64,000 bases of DNA from an uncultured Methanosarcinales archaeon (GTDB taxonomy: Archaea > Nanobdellota > Nanobdellia > Woesearchaeales > DSVV01): contig CAZKVI010000003.1 in NCBI GenBank assembly GCA_964556185.1, forward strand, positions 2,089 to 66,088, written 5' to 3'. The notes under the pieces were generated by a model, which did no database searches, was not told the origin of the DNA, and saw nothing but the letters and a program-made list of their open reading frames with translations. Positions 9,340 through 19,505 of the stretch are shown here, in pieces. Position 1 is the first letter of the stretch. Each line of letters starts with the position of its first letter. Both the position numbers and the translations under genes were made by a program.

Positions 9340-10713
9340 GTGGTTTTATGGGTGCAAAAATTGAGTTTAATAATAGATCCAAACGCAGCAGAAGAATTTG
9401 ATTATCAATTAGATAGATCTCTAAGAGTTGATATTACTTATGATCTTGATCTTGGTCTTTCAGAAAATTTAGAAAGAAAAATAGCAGCAGTCGCTAGTTC
9501 AAGAGAAAGACCAGATATTATTTGTGGGCAAAGATCTTCTTTAATACAATTACCTGAACCTTCTACTATTTTCAAAGGCTTTGATTTACAAGCCATACAA
9601 GTAAAAGGACATTTCTTTAGACCAACAGAAGAAAGCCGTGTTATTCATAATCCACAAATGACTATTTACACAGGAAGAGGTCATCCTGAAGTAATTTGGC
9701 ATTTCGATGATAAAGGAACACTAATTCTTATTCCAAATCCTGATATTCCTTGTGGTGCAATGCTCTTAGAAAATGCAAAACTTGAATTTAGAGCAGCAAA
9801 AGAAATGATGGAAGTAGGTTTACCTGTTGTTTGTCCAATGGGTTATGGAAATTTTCCTGATTTAGGATTTAATGTATATGATTCTATAATGGCTGCAACT
9901 CCAGGCACACTAAGTGGGTTTGCTATACAAGCTGGAGCATATGGTGATTTGGCAGCTATTAATAGAAGACAAGAAGTTGGATTTATGGTTTATGGAATTT
10001 ACACACCTGATAATTGTCGTTGTTTTGAAAGTGTTCTCAATGTAACTTCTGAATTAGATAAATCAAATAAAAGATTATTTTTAGCTGATTTCTTTAGAGC
10101 TTATGGAGCAGCACTAAGACAATTTCATGATAAAGGTTATATTCATGGGTCTCCTAATTTAGATAATCTTTCTCTTGTACCAGTTAGTGAAGCTAGACGA
10201 GGAATGAAATTACCAAATAAATTACAAACATTTTCTGTGTATGAAATTGTTTTCCATGATCTAACAGGAGACCTTGGAACTATTACGAGAAGAAAAGATG
10301 TTTCAAAAGAAAAATGGTTAAGTCATGTTATTTGGGATTTATCAGTTACAACAGGATTGTTATCTAATTTTTATTTTACACCAGAACGATGGGATATGGT
10401 TTATGGACATGATGGAGAAGCCCGTAGAAATATAATTAGAAGAAACCAAAGAATTGCTGAATTAACACAAGAAGTAGGTTATAATCCTGGTCCTGCTTTT
10501 TTTAAAGGATATTTAGGTGAAGATTTTCATAAACTTCCATCAGATTATTTTGAACATGATGGCAGTATGCTTATGCCATGCGATATAAGAACAAGAATAA
10601 CAATACCTTTACAATTAGCCATGAACAGAGGAGAAAAACCACAAGTAAACATCCCAGAATTCTGCAAAACAGAACCTTTAATGAATGTTGTTAGAAATGT
10701 TTATATGCAGTAA
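9340..10713 (+). CDS. Hypothetical protein (GTG start; GC-richer codon usage)
   Basis: 457-aa ORF. Its composition differs from the AT-rich core. No motif recognised. Confidence 0.45.
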   Translation: MVLWVQKLSLIIDPNAAEEFDYQLDRSLRVDITYDLDLGLSENLERKIAAVASSRERPDIICGQRSSLIQLPEPSTIFKGFDLQAIQVKGHFFRPTEESRVIHNPQMTIYTGRGHPEVIWHFDDKGTLILIPNPDIPCGAMLLENAKLEFRAAKEMMEVGLPVVCPMGYGNFPDLGFNVYDSIMAATPGTLSGFAIQAGAYGDLAAINRRQEVGFMVYGIYTPDNCRCFESVLNVTSELDKSNKRLFLADFFRAYGAALRQFHDKGYIHGSPNLDNLSLVPVSEARRGMKLPNKLQTFSVYEIVFHDLTGDLGTITRRKDVSKEKWLSHVIWDLSVTTGLLSNFYFTPERWDMVYGHDGEARRNIIRRNQRIAELTQEVGYNPGPAFFKGYLGEDFHKLPSDYFEHDGSMLMPCDIRTRITIPLQLAMNRGEKPQVNIPEFCKTEPLMNVVRNVYMQ

Positions 10714-10757
10714 ATATTATAAATACTACTTCATTTCTCTCTTTTTGGGGTTAGTTA

Positions 10758-11843
10758 ATGGGTGTTGAAGAACTTAGAGCAGCAGTAATTGGAGCAAATA
10801 AAACTAATTCAGGCTTAGGTCTATATATTGTTCAGAAATTCCATAAATTAAGTAGAGTAGATTTAGTTGCATTCTCGTGTAGAACAGAAGAATCTGCTAG
10901 ATATGCAAATACTGCTTTTAGAGAACACGGAATTGATGCAACACCTTATTATACTCATAATGGTTCTCCAGAAGATTCAATAGATGCAATGTTAACAGAA
11001 AAAAGACCAGATATTGTTGCAATATGTACACCTAATAGAACACATTTAGATTATCTTGAACTTGTTCTTGATCATAATGATACTTCTGATCGTAAAACCC
11101 ATGTTCTTCTTGAAAAACCTTTAGCAGAAAGTTCTCCAGAGCATATAGAAAGAGATCTTGACAGAGCAATTGAACTTGTAGAAAGAGCTGAAAAACAAGA
11201 CATAGTTCTTACATACAATGCTTCACTTGCTGCATTAGTTGACCCATATAAAGGAAAAGTTGGAGATTTAGATGATAATCAATTTACTGTAGCAATGCAT
11301 ATGAAACATAAAGGAGGGGAATTACCTTCTCCAAGAACACTCCAATACTCAATCTTATCCCATACAATAGGAATACTTCAAGCATATTTTGGTCCAAACA
11401 TGGGTATTGAAAATCTTGAAAGAAAAACTACTGAGCCAACAGGTGATGATAATGCAGTTGGTGCTTATCACAAATTTACATTAACATATGGTGGATGGAA
11501 AAGTGTTCCTTGCATTATTGATCTTTCTAAATCACCAGAACTTGCGAAGCATGAAAGATATTTTGGAGTTAAAGACAATTATGCTCACATTGAAAAGAAA
11601 GATGGTTTCTGGCATCTTGTTTTCAAAGATGAAGAACGAAAAGTTGAAGACTTCCAAGACACAGTTATTGCAAACATGGTAGATGTAGTCAGAACAGAAC
11701 CAAATCGTCGAGGTGTACTTGATCACCCAAAACCAATCCTCGACGGTAGAGCAATGATAATGAACCAAGTCATATTGCACACATTAATGGGAGATCTAAC
11801 ACCAGAAAAAGCTGAACAATATCAGAGAAAGTTGTATAATTAG
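10758..11843 (+). CDS. Gfo/Idh/MocA-family NAD(P)-dependent oxidoreductase
   Basis: N-terminal Rossmann domain (AAVIGANKTNSGLGLYIVQKF) followed by AICTPNRTHLDY and VLLEKPLA, the EKP motif of the family. GC-richer composition. Confidence 0.6.
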   Translation: MGVEELRAAVIGANKTNSGLGLYIVQKFHKLSRVDLVAFSCRTEESARYANTAFREHGIDATPYYTHNGSPEDSIDAMLTEKRPDIVAICTPNRTHLDYLELVLDHNDTSDRKTHVLLEKPLAESSPEHIERDLDRAIELVERAEKQDIVLTYNASLAALVDPYKGKVGDLDDNQFTVAMHMKHKGGELPSPRTLQYSILSHTIGILQAYFGPNMGIENLERKTTEPTGDDNAVGAYHKFTLTYGGWKSVPCIIDLSKSPELAKHERYFGVKDNYAHIEKKDGFWHLVFKDEERKVEDFQDTVIANMVDVVRTEPNRRGVLDHPKPILDGRAMIMNQVILHTLMGDLTPEKAEQYQRKLYN

Positions 11844-11937
11844 ATCTTATTCTACCGTAACCTTTATAAACCACCTCTCAATTCATCAGTCTATTCCCGT
11901 ACAACTATTACCAGAACGGCAATAGGAGGGCCTAAAC

Positions 11938-12585
11938 ATGAAAACAGAAGATATTCAAAAAGCATTAGAAACAATAAGAAAGGACTCTAAAAAGCGTAAT
12001 TTCCCACAAACTGTGGAATTAATTCTAGGATTACAAAACTTAGATTTGAAAAAACCTGATCATCAAGTAGAGTTCTTTACAACATTAGCAAAATCACCTA
12101 AAAAACGAAGAATTTGTGCTTTCGTAGGTCCAGAATTAAAAGATGAAGCAGAGAAAGTATGTGATTTAATAATCTCAGCAGATGACTTTAATAAATATAC
12201 AGACAAGAAAAAAGCTAAAGCATTAGCAGTAGGTTACGACTTCTTCATAGCCCAGGCAAACATCATGGCAAAAGTAGCAACTGCATTTGGTAGAACATTA
12301 GGTCCAAGAGGAAAGATGCCAAATCCAAAAGCAGGTTGTGTAGTTCCACCTAAAGCAAACTTACAACCATTATACGATAAATTACAAAGAACAATAAAAG
12401 TAAGTGCAAAAACTCAATTACAATTACAACTTTCAATTGCAAATGAAGACATGGAAGATAAAGATATTATTGAAAACATATCACATGTTTACAAACAATT
12501 AGTACATCACTTACCAACACATGAAAATAATATAAAAACTACTTATATTAAATTTACAATGTCAAAACCAGTTAGGGTGTTATAA
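11938..12585 (+). CDS. rpl1: 50S ribosomal protein L1 (uL1)
   Basis: Conserved L1 segments GPRGKMPNPKAG and VGYDFFIAQANIMAKV. It sits first in the L1-L10-L12 operon. Confidence 0.9.
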   Translation: MKTEDIQKALETIRKDSKKRNFPQTVELILGLQNLDLKKPDHQVEFFTTLAKSPKKRRICAFVGPELKDEAEKVCDLIISADDFNKYTDKKKAKALAVGYDFFIAQANIMAKVATAFGRTLGPRGKMPNPKAGCVVPPKANLQPLYDKLQRTIKVSAKTQLQLQLSIANEDMEDKDIIENISHVYKQLVHHLPTHENNIKTTYIKFTMSKPVRVL

Positions 12586-12587
12586 AG

Positions 12588-13892
12588 ATGGTAAAAAGAG
12601 CTGGAATGAAACAAAAGTTAGGAGTAATTAAGGAATTTGAAGACTTAATAGTTGAATATCCTATTATTGGTTCTGTTAATATGACTTCTTTACCAACTAA
12701 AACAGTTCAGCAAATGAGAGCTCAATTAAGAAAAAAAGGCGTTGTCCTTAAAATGAGCAAAAGAAGATTAATTAATATTGCAATAAATAATTGTAAAGAG
12801 AAAAAGAAAGGTATTGAAAATCTTCTACCTGAACTTAAAGGTATGCCAGCATTAATATTCACAAAAGAAAATCCTTTTGCATTATACAAGTTTTTATCTA
12901 AGAATAAATCATCTGCTCCTGCAAAAGCAGGCCAAATAGCTCCAAATGAAATTGTAGTTAAAGCAGGTCCAACAGGTTTTTCACCAGGACCAATTATTGG
13001 AGAACTAGGTGCTGTAGGAATTAAAGCAGGTGTTGATGGTGGAAAGATTGCAATCAAAGCAGATAGTGTTGTAGCTAAAGAAGGAGATGAAATTACAGAA
13101 CAATTAGCAGCAATATTAACAAGACTTGGTATTGAACCAATGGAAATTGGTTTAAACATGGTTGCAGTATTTGAAGAAGGTAATGTTTATGATAGTAAAA
13201 TCTTAGCAATTGATGAAGATGAATACATGAATAACATAACAACAGCAGCAACTTGGGCTTTCAACTTAGCAGTTGAAGCAGCAATACCAACACCAGATAC
13301 AACAGAATTACTATTACAAAAATGTTTCAAAGATTCCAAAGCAGTTGCAATGGAAGGAAATATTATGGCAGATGCTGTTGCAGAAGAATTACTTGCAAAA
13401 GCTGAAAGAGAAATGTTAGCTCTAAAAGCAGAAGCAAATATTAGTGATGCACCAGTAGTTGACAAAGTCAACGAAGAAGCGCAAGCTTCTGTAAAAGAAG
13501 AAGTTAAAGAAGAACCAAAAGCTGAAGAAAAACCAGCTGAAGAAGCAAAAGAAACAGAAACAAAAGAAGTTTCCGAACTTTCCGAGGGAAAGCAAGAAGC
13601 TGATAAAGCTTCTGTGGGAAACGAAGAAGTCGCAGAGACTTCTGAAGAAAAACCAGCAGAAACTACAGAAACTAAAGAAGGACCTGAAGCAGAAGGAGCT
13701 GATGAGGCACCTAAAGCAGAAGAAAAACCAGCTGAACCTGCACCAGCAGAGGAAGCAAAAGCTGAAGAGAAAGCTGATGAGGCTAAACCTGAAGCTAAAG
13801 AAGAAGCTGCACCAGAAGAACCAGCTAAAGAAGAACCTAAAGCTGAAGAAGCTCCTGCAAAAGCAGAAGATAAACCAGCTGATGAATCATAA
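12588..13892 (+). CDS. rplP0: 50S ribosomal protein P0 (uL10) with a long Lys/Glu/Ala/Pro-rich C-terminal extension
   Basis: N-terminal L10 domain plus the GTPase-associated region. About 150 aa of KEEPKAEE repeats follow and end in ...KPADES, without the GLGALFG stalk terminus. Antisense ORFs 12722..13159 and 13187..13471 are spurious. Confidence 0.9.
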   Translation: MVKRAGMKQKLGVIKEFEDLIVEYPIIGSVNMTSLPTKTVQQMRAQLRKKGVVLKMSKRRLINIAINNCKEKKKGIENLLPELKGMPALIFTKENPFALYKFLSKNKSSAPAKAGQIAPNEIVVKAGPTGFSPGPIIGELGAVGIKAGVDGGKIAIKADSVVAKEGDEITEQLAAILTRLGIEPMEIGLNMVAVFEEGNVYDSKILAIDEDEYMNNITTAATWAFNLAVEAAIPTPDTTELLLQKCFKDSKAVAMEGNIMADAVAEELLAKAEREMLALKAEANISDAPVVDKVNEEAQASVKEEVKEEPKAEEKPAEEAKETETKEVSELSEGKQEADKASVGNEEVAETSEEKPAETTETKEGPEAEGADEAPKAEEKPAEPAPAEEAKAEEKADEAKPEAKEEAAPEEPAKEEPKAEEAPAKAEDKPADES

Positions 13893-13933
13893 TCAAGAGG
13901 TTGATTAATTATTATAACAAGGAGGAATTAAAA

Positions 13934-14245
13934 ATGGAATACGTTTATGCCGCAATGTTAATCCACAAAGCAGGTGGAAAAGTTGATGAAGCTAATGTTA
14001 AAAAAGTTTTAGAAGCAGCCGGAGTTAAAGCTGATGATGCAAGAATCAAAGCTTTAGTCGCAGCTCTCGATGGTGTCAATATTGACGAAGCAGTCGAGAA
14101 AGCAGCAGCAGCTCCTGTCGCAGCCGCACCAGCAGCTGCTCCAGCAGAAGGAGACGCAGCACCAGCTGAAGCTAAAAAAGACGAAGCTAAAGAAGAAGAG
14201 AAAAAAGAGGAAGCAGCAGCTGGCCTTGGAGCTCTTTTCGGATAA
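13934..14245 (+). CDS. rpl12: 50S ribosomal protein P1 (archaeal L12 stalk protein)
   Basis: [16 protein letters not shown]..., a hinge of Ala/Pro, and a terminal [13 protein letters not shown] ggaggaa RBS lies just upstream, so the true start is probably the internal Met of ORF 13901..14245. Confidence 0.85.
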   Translation: MEYVYAAMLIHKAGGKVDEANVKKVLEAAGVKADDARIKALVAALDGVNIDEAVEKAAAAPVAAAPAAAPAEGDAAPAEAKKDEAKEEEKKEEAAAGLGALFG

Positions 14246-14280
14246 AGGCTTTTTAGCCTTTTTTTATTTTATTTTTAATA
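14246..14280 (+). terminator. Hairpin plus oligo-T terminator after the L1-P0-P1 operon
   Basis: aaggctttttagcctt hairpin followed by tttttttattttatttt. Confidence 0.5.
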
Positions 14281-14307
14281 GAAGTTGACAACGCCAAGTG
14301 AGATCTA

Positions 14308-15198
14308 ATGGATAAAAAAGAAAAAGATAATTTATTGAAAGACATTTCTGATAAAAAGAAGGATGTTTCTGGGTTAAAACAACAACTCAATGACATTAAT
14401 TTAGAAAAGGAAAAATTCTATCAAGAAAAAGAAACTCATTCTAAGAAGATAAAAGAATTATTATCTAATCTAAAGTCTCTAAAAAAAGAAAGAGATAAGT
14501 TTACTAGAGCTGTAAGAGAACATAAAGGTAAAAGAGAAGTTATCAATAAACAAATTCAAAAGAAAATTAAAGTAGTAAGAGAATTTACTAAAGAAAAAGA
14601 CCAAGTAACTAAAAAACTCCAGATTAAAGACGATCCTGTAAAATTAAAGAAAACTATTGACCATTTAGAGCTTTCAATTGAAATAGAAGCAATGTCTTTT
14701 AAAAAAGAACAAGGAGTTATGAAAAAAATCAAGGAATTAAAGAAGAAATACGAAGATCTTTCTGAAATTACAGTTGTTCATAAAAAAATTAAAGAATTTT
14801 CAAAAGAAATAAAGAAATTAAAAAAAGAAGCAGACCAAATTCATAGAAGTGTTCAAGAGAATGCTAAAAACTCTCAAGAAAGACATGAAAAACTATTAGG
14901 ATTTTCTAAAGAAATTGACGAATTAAAAGAAAAAGAAAAAACAGCTTATGAAAAATTCTTAGAACAAAAGAAAGCTTTTACTAAAATAAATAATAAACTA
15001 AAAGAAATCTTGCCTGATATGAATAAATTACATGGAAAACTAAGTGACGAAAAGAAAAAACAAAGAAAAAAACACGAAGAAAAACAACAAAAAACTCTTC
15101 AAGAAAAAAAGAAACAAGTAAACGAGAAACTCAAAAAAGGCAAAGGCGTTACATTAACAATGGAAGATCTTCTAGCATTTCAATCTGGTAAAGAATAA
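14308..15198 (+). CDS. Lys/Glu-rich coiled-coil protein
   Basis: 296 aa, highly charged heptad-like sequence. Function unknown. Confidence 0.45.
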   Translation: MDKKEKDNLLKDISDKKKDVSGLKQQLNDINLEKEKFYQEKETHSKKIKELLSNLKSLKKERDKFTRAVREHKGKREVINKQIQKKIKVVREFTKEKDQVTKKLQIKDDPVKLKKTIDHLELSIEIEAMSFKKEQGVMKKIKELKKKYEDLSEITVVHKKIKEFSKEIKKLKKEADQIHRSVQENAKNSQERHEKLLGFSKEIDELKEKEKTAYEKFLEQKKAFTKINNKLKEILPDMNKLHGKLSDEKKKQRKKHEEKQQKTLQEKKKQVNEKLKKGKGVTLTMEDLLAFQSGKE

Positions 15199-15262
15199 TT
15201 CCGAGTAAATATCTAACTTTTCTACAGAAAGTAAAGAATAAGTATAAATAAAAAAAATAATT

Positions 15263-15439
15263 TTACAATTTCTCCATATAATGGCATTTACCGCAAGTCA
15301 TTCTGTTTTTGTGTTGTGCCATGAATACACCTTTACCACACTTTGGACAGAATTTATTTTTAGATTTGCCATTCTCATAGGATTTGTATAATTGTGATGG
15401 TTTTCTTTTAGTATCTTTTTTTCCTTTGTCTGCTGCCAT
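15263..15439 (-). CDS. rps27ae: 30S ribosomal protein S27ae (eS31)
   Basis: 58-aa ORF below the track's size cutoff: [58 protein letters not shown]. It has the C4 zinc ribbon and sits immediately downstream of S24e, as in the conserved operon. Confidence 0.75.
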   Translation of the reverse strand: MAADKGKKDTKRKPSQLYKSYENGKSKNKFCPKCGKGVFMAQHKNRMTCGKCHYMEKL

Positions 15440-15441
15440 TT

Positions 15442-15873
15442 TTATTCACTCTTTTCTGCAGGTGCTTCTGCTTTCTCTTCACCAGCGTCTTCTTTCTTTT
15501 CTTCGGCTGGAGCTTCTTTTTTATCATCAGCACTTTCTTCCTTCTTTTCTGGTGCTGGAGCTTCTTGTTCTTCCTTCTTCTCAATCACTTTCTTAAAATG
15601 CTTTGCAATTAAACCTTCGCTCTCTAATTTCTCAAGCAAGTCTTTTTTATCATAGACATGAGCAATTAATTTAGCTCTTCTTGCTCCAAATCTTTGATAA
15701 ATGTGTTTAATTATAACTAAATCAGGATTAACTTTTAATTGAGTACCTAATGCAAACTTTAATTCTAGTCTTGAAGGTGTTGTAGCTGCAAAATTAACAA
15801 ATGCAGTTACTCTTTTCCTTGATAATAAAGGTGCGTCATTTTGTTTTGTTACTTCGATTTCCATCATCTTCAC
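15442..15873 (-). CDS. rps24e: 30S ribosomal protein S24e (eS24) with an acidic Lys/Glu/Ala/Pro C-terminal tail
   Basis: [19 protein letters not shown]...LIAHVYD matches the S24e core. A tail [24 protein letters not shown] follows, compositionally similar to the P0 extension. Confidence 0.8.
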   Translation of the reverse strand: MKMMEIEVTKQNDAPLLSRKRVTAFVNFAATTPSRLELKFALGTQLKVNPDLVIIKHIYQRFGARRAKLIAHVYDKKDLLEKLESEGLIAKHFKKVIEKKEEQEAPAPEKKEESADDKKEAPAEEKKEDAGEEKAEAPAEKSE

Positions 15874-16058
15874 CTACACTTAATTGCATATTCGCCATCT
15901 TTTTCTATGCCAATCTTCTTTGCAATCTCAGATTTTTTAACATCAGTTATTGTGATTTTCCCTTGCCAGTTATTTGTAAAAGAACTTGCCTTACAAAGTG
16001 GACATTTAGCTCCTTCAACAAAACTTTTGCATAATTTACAAACTTTTTTCTTTGCCAT
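15870..16058 (-). CDS. spt4: Transcription elongation factor Spt4 (RNA polymerase subunit E'')
   Basis: 62 aa with a CKLC...CPLC zinc ribbon, then NNWQGKITITDVKKSEIAKKIGI. It is directly downstream of rpo7, as in the conserved operon. Confidence 0.75.
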   Translation of the reverse strand: MAKKKVCKLCKSFVEGAKCPLCKASSFTNNWQGKITITDVKKSEIAKKIGIEKDGEYAIKCR

Positions 16059-16059
16059 T

Positions 16060-16638
16060 TTACTTACCTGCTTTTGAGACTTTCTTTACTTTGCCTTCTC
16101 TTTTAGCTTTGTCCTCGTCAAACCATTCAGGCTTACCCAAACCTGATTGTCTCATTGTAAGTCCTAATTTTGGATTTGTTGGATCTTTGTAACTTACTGC
16201 AATAACCCTTGCTTTACAATCGTCACCAACTTTTAAACTTCTTTTACTTTCTTTTCCAAGTAAAACCTTATCCTTAGAAAAACTCACAAAATCATCCATT
16301 GTTTGTGATACATGAACCATTCCTTCTGTTGGTCCAATACTTAAGAAACCTCCAAAGTCTGCAATATCTTTCATTTTTCCTAAGAGAACTTCTTGCAACT
16401 CTGGTTTAAATGTGAATAAGTCAAAAACACATTCATAATAAGGGCTTCCATCGCCCGGAATTATAATTCCATCTTTTATCTCTTCAATACCACCTACATC
16501 AATAACGATTCCTAGGTCTTTTGAGATAAAACCCTCAAACTTAGCTTTGATTTGTTTAACAACTGCACTCTTTAATTCTAAATCGAATAATTCAGGAGTG
16601 ACTCTTATATGATCCCTAACTTTTGTTTTATAAAACAT
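16060..16638 (-). CDS. rpo7: DNA-directed RNA polymerase subunit E' (Rpo7) with S1 domain
   Basis: N-terminal Rpb7-like domain (MFYKTKVRDHIRVTPELF) plus a C-terminal S1 fold (GKVIAVSYKD...). Confidence 0.85.
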   Translation of the reverse strand: MFYKTKVRDHIRVTPELFDLELKSAVVKQIKAKFEGFISKDLGIVIDVGGIEEIKDGIIIPGDGSPYYECVFDLFTFKPELQEVLLGKMKDIADFGGFLSIGPTEGMVHVSQTMDDFVSFSKDKVLLGKESKRSLKVGDDCKARVIAVSYKDPTNPKLGLTMRQSGLGKPEWFDEDKAKREGKVKKVSKAGK

Positions 16639-16640
16639 TT

Positions 16641-17021
16641 TTATTCAAACACCAAATATTTTTTTTGTCTTAGGAAGACTTTCCTTCCTGTCAATCTTTT
16701 TTTCAACTCTGTATCTTGCGTTGCAATAATGTAATCATCATTTAACCTTACTAATACATCATCAACATAGTCATCAGAGTCTTCTATTAACACATTGATT
16801 TTCTTTGCGTCAATTAAACTCAAAGCAAGCTTAGCTTCCCTCGAATCCTTGCCACGGCCCCTTTCCTGGATTCTCTCCAGTTCTTGCTTGGACTTTTCCA
16901 AGACAAAAAGCTCATAGGGGAAATCACACATTTCCTCAAACTTCTCAAAGATATCTACACCAAGACTGGCTGGTATCATCAAAAAGTTTGTATCAAGTAT
17001 GATTTTCTTTGCCACAGGCAT
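16641..17021 (-). CDS. PIN-domain protein (conserved partner of the rpo7 operon)
   Basis: ILDTNFLM places an acidic residue near the N-terminus, and IIATQD is a further PIN acidic motif. 126 aa. Confidence 0.65.
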   Translation of the reverse strand: MPVAKKIILDTNFLMIPASLGVDIFEKFEEMCDFPYELFVLEKSKQELERIQERGRGKDSREAKLALSLIDAKKINVLIEDSDDYVDDVLVRLNDDYIIATQDTELKKRLTGRKVFLRQKKYLVFE

Positions 17022-17164
17022 TTATAGAGAAGATTTGAAGGGGATTTATAAATGTTTAGGTCCTTACTACTATTTTCCATTACATACAGAAGCTAACGCT
17101 TCTTACTTTACTGCGTAAAGTTTATATATGAACTAATCCCTAAAATACTAAAAGAGGGGACAAT

Positions 17165-19261
17165 ATGGCATTCTTTGGATCAGGATATAAAGGAGAAATG
17201 AAAGAGTACTTCTCAAGTCCAGCAGGTTATTTAGGTAGTTTTGGTGATAATCCTAGAGCTCCAAACATAGAAGCACCAATTATAGGTGTGAAAGATCTTG
17301 GCCAGAGCGTTACAGAAGGTCAAAGATTTGGTAGCTTATTACAAACTTCTACAGAAGCAATAAGAAGAGGAGCAGGTAATATGGAACTTGCAACTATTGC
17401 AGGTGGTCAAGAACCAGGCGGTGCAGAATCTTATGGTGTAGAAGCTAGACAAGCACTAAGAGAATTAGCAAGAGCAAATAATATTTACTTTACTTCAGTC
17501 CATTCGCCTGTTCAAGTTGGAAATGTTTCTGGATTTAATCCTCAAGAAAGAGGTTTTAATGATGAATTTAGACATAGAAGTGTTGAAGAAGTTAAAAGAG
17601 CAATTGAATTTGCAGCAGATGTAGGCGCAGGCGCAGTTGTTGTACATACAGGAGAAGCACAAAGAGATATGTCTCAAGCTCCTTGGAATAGAGAAATTGC
17701 TCCAGGACTGATGGAAATGATGAGTTTTGAAGAAGAACCAGGCAGACAAGTTCTTTATATGGTAGACAGAAGAAATGGTAAATTAATTACAGAAGTTAGA
17801 AAATCTCAAATTGTTTTCGAACCAGAATATGAAAGAGTAGAAATAGCAAACGGTGATTGGAGATATGTATCTGCAGATGGAGATATATTAGATGAGAATA
17901 ATGTCGACCATCTACTACTGAGAGTACCAAAATGGGATAATGAAAGAGCTAAGTTTAAAACATTTAGAAGAGATTGGGATTGGTTTAAATATAAAGCAGA
18001 ACGTTGGGATAAACTTTATCCAAGACCAGATAAAAGAAACTGGACAGCAGAAGAAATGTTTTTTAGAACACAAATGGAAACCAGAATTTTACAATCAAGA
18101 GGTCATTCTTTATTCTATGCAGGTAGATATGAAAAACAAGTAAAACAAAGAGATAGATTATTGAAAGCATTGGAATATTATGGGGAACTTGAGAAAAATA
18201 TACCTGAAGAAGAACTTTGGAAAATTATGAGAGAAGATACTGTATTTTATGGTGCTGCAGGCCAGATTGTCCACGGTGAAAAGAAAAAACCATCTGAAAT
18301 ATTAAAAGATGAACTTAGAGAAACAAATTTAAGTCTAAGACAGATTCATGAAGCTTCTTCTGCAGCAGACGCGCAAGCGGACGAGTATGAAGAAACCCTA
18401 TTACATGTCATGCCAGTTGTTGATTATGCAAAAGATAAAACATCTAGAAGTTATGCAGAAGCAGGAATCTTAGCAATGGATGTAACCCAAAATAATAAAA
18501 ATGTTCAACAAGATGTTTTTGTTGCTCCAGAAAACCTTTGGCCAGAGATGGGTTATGGAACACACCCTCAAGAATTAATTGAATTAGTGTCTGGTGCAAG
18601 AGAACGAATGGTTCAAATGCTTACAGAACAAATGATACCTGATCCTCACGAGCGAAGAGATGAAAAAGGACACCTTCTTATGGTTCCAAATCCTAATTAT
18701 CAGAAAATGGAGAAAGGCAAAGCACAAGAATATGCAAAAAGACATATTAGAGCAACATTTGATACACAACATTTAGGTATGTGGTGGAAACATTTTCAAC
18801 CTTTACCAGGAGAAACAAGAGATAAAAGAAGAGGACGTTTTAAAAAATGGTTTAAGTCTCAAGTTAAAGATATGTTAAAAAAAGATATTCTTGGTCATGT
18901 GCATGCAGTCGATGCTCTTGGTGGTGGTCATCATCACTTACCAATTGGTCAAGGTGACTTACCAGTTAAATGGGCCTTAGAATATCTAAAAAAGAAAGGT
19001 TTCAAAGGAACAATGGTTTCAGAAGGTCATGAAGAAGAATCAAGATTTGGTGCAGGAAGACAATTAACAGCTTCTTGGAGACACTTAGGCACAAATATTA
19101 CTGGTTCTCATGCTGGTGCAGGTGGTGCTGTACCAGGTGGTGGAAATTGGAATGATATTCAATATTCTTATTTCAGAAATATGCAATCTCCTTATTTTAT
19201 TTTCGGAGCTTATTCACCAAGCAATGATTGGCAATTATGGTCACAAGTACCAATGGAATGA
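17165..19261 (+). CDS. Xylose-isomerase-like TIM-barrel (sugar-phosphate isomerase/epimerase, AP-endonuclease-2 fold) protein split by a large insertion
   Basis: N-terminal part has YFTSVHSP and VVVHTGE. C-terminal part has FDTQHLGMWW, ILGHVHAVDALGGGHHHLPIG and MVSEGHEEE, which are TIM-barrel metal-ligand-like motifs. About 350 aa of non-barrel sequence lies between them. GC-richer codon usage. Confidence 0.4.
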   Translation: MAFFGSGYKGEMKEYFSSPAGYLGSFGDNPRAPNIEAPIIGVKDLGQSVTEGQRFGSLLQTSTEAIRRGAGNMELATIAGGQEPGGAESYGVEARQALRELARANNIYFTSVHSPVQVGNVSGFNPQERGFNDEFRHRSVEEVKRAIEFAADVGAGAVVVHTGEAQRDMSQAPWNREIAPGLMEMMSFEEEPGRQVLYMVDRRNGKLITEVRKSQIVFEPEYERVEIANGDWRYVSADGDILDENNVDHLLLRVPKWDNERAKFKTFRRDWDWFKYKAERWDKLYPRPDKRNWTAEEMFFRTQMETRILQSRGHSLFYAGRYEKQVKQRDRLLKALEYYGELEKNIPEEELWKIMREDTVFYGAAGQIVHGEKKKPSEILKDELRETNLSLRQIHEASSAADAQADEYEETLLHVMPVVDYAKDKTSRSYAEAGILAMDVTQNNKNVQQDVFVAPENLWPEMGYGTHPQELIELVSGARERMVQMLTEQMIPDPHERRDEKGHLLMVPNPNYQKMEKGKAQEYAKRHIRATFDTQHLGMWWKHFQPLPGETRDKRRGRFKKWFKSQVKDMLKKDILGHVHAVDALGGGHHHLPIGQGDLPVKWALEYLKKKGFKGTMVSEGHEEESRFGAGRQLTASWRHLGTNITGSHAGAGGAVPGGGNWNDIQYSYFRNMQSPYFIFGAYSPSNDWQLWSQVPME

Positions 19262-19498
19262 TTAAGGTAAGAAATCAAAGTCAGCTGGATGTCTATAAAT
19301 TTTAGGATTAACAGGTTTTTTGTTTTTCTTATAACAATCTTTACAAAAAAAGAATTTCTTATAAGTGTTAGGAATTTTTCTAGCATGCATATGTTCTTTA
19401 CAAATATACATACCACAATGATCACAGAACATATCTGTATGGGCTTTGCATTCTTTACACTTTCCGTCGACATGCATACGAATTCCCAATAAAATCAC
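19262..19498 (-). CDS. Small cysteine/histidine-rich zinc-finger protein
   Basis: CKECKAH...CDHCGMYICKEHMH...CKDCYKK. The likely start is the internal MHVDGK. Confidence 0.4.
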   Translation of the reverse strand: MILLGIRMHVDGKCKECKAHTDMFCDHCGMYICKEHMHARKIPNTYKKFFFCKDCYKKNKKPVNPKIYRHPADFDFLP

Positions 19499-19505
19499 CT
19501 ATTAA

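Noticed and set aside
12722-13471. ORFs 12722..13159 and 13187..13471 on the minus strand
   Set aside because: They lie antisense within the well-supported rplP0 gene and have low-complexity translations. They are artefacts of the repetitive GAA/GCA-rich sequence.
13702-14288. Lys-rich ORFs 13702..13908 and 14070..14288
   Set aside because: They are alternative-frame readings of the acidic repeat tails of P0 and P1 (GAA/GAG read as AAG/AAA). They are not independent genes.
15384-16077. Plus-strand ORFs 15384..15596, 15801..16034 and 15841..16077
   Set aside because: They lie antisense to the conserved S24e and Spt4 genes and have hydrophobic low-complexity translations.
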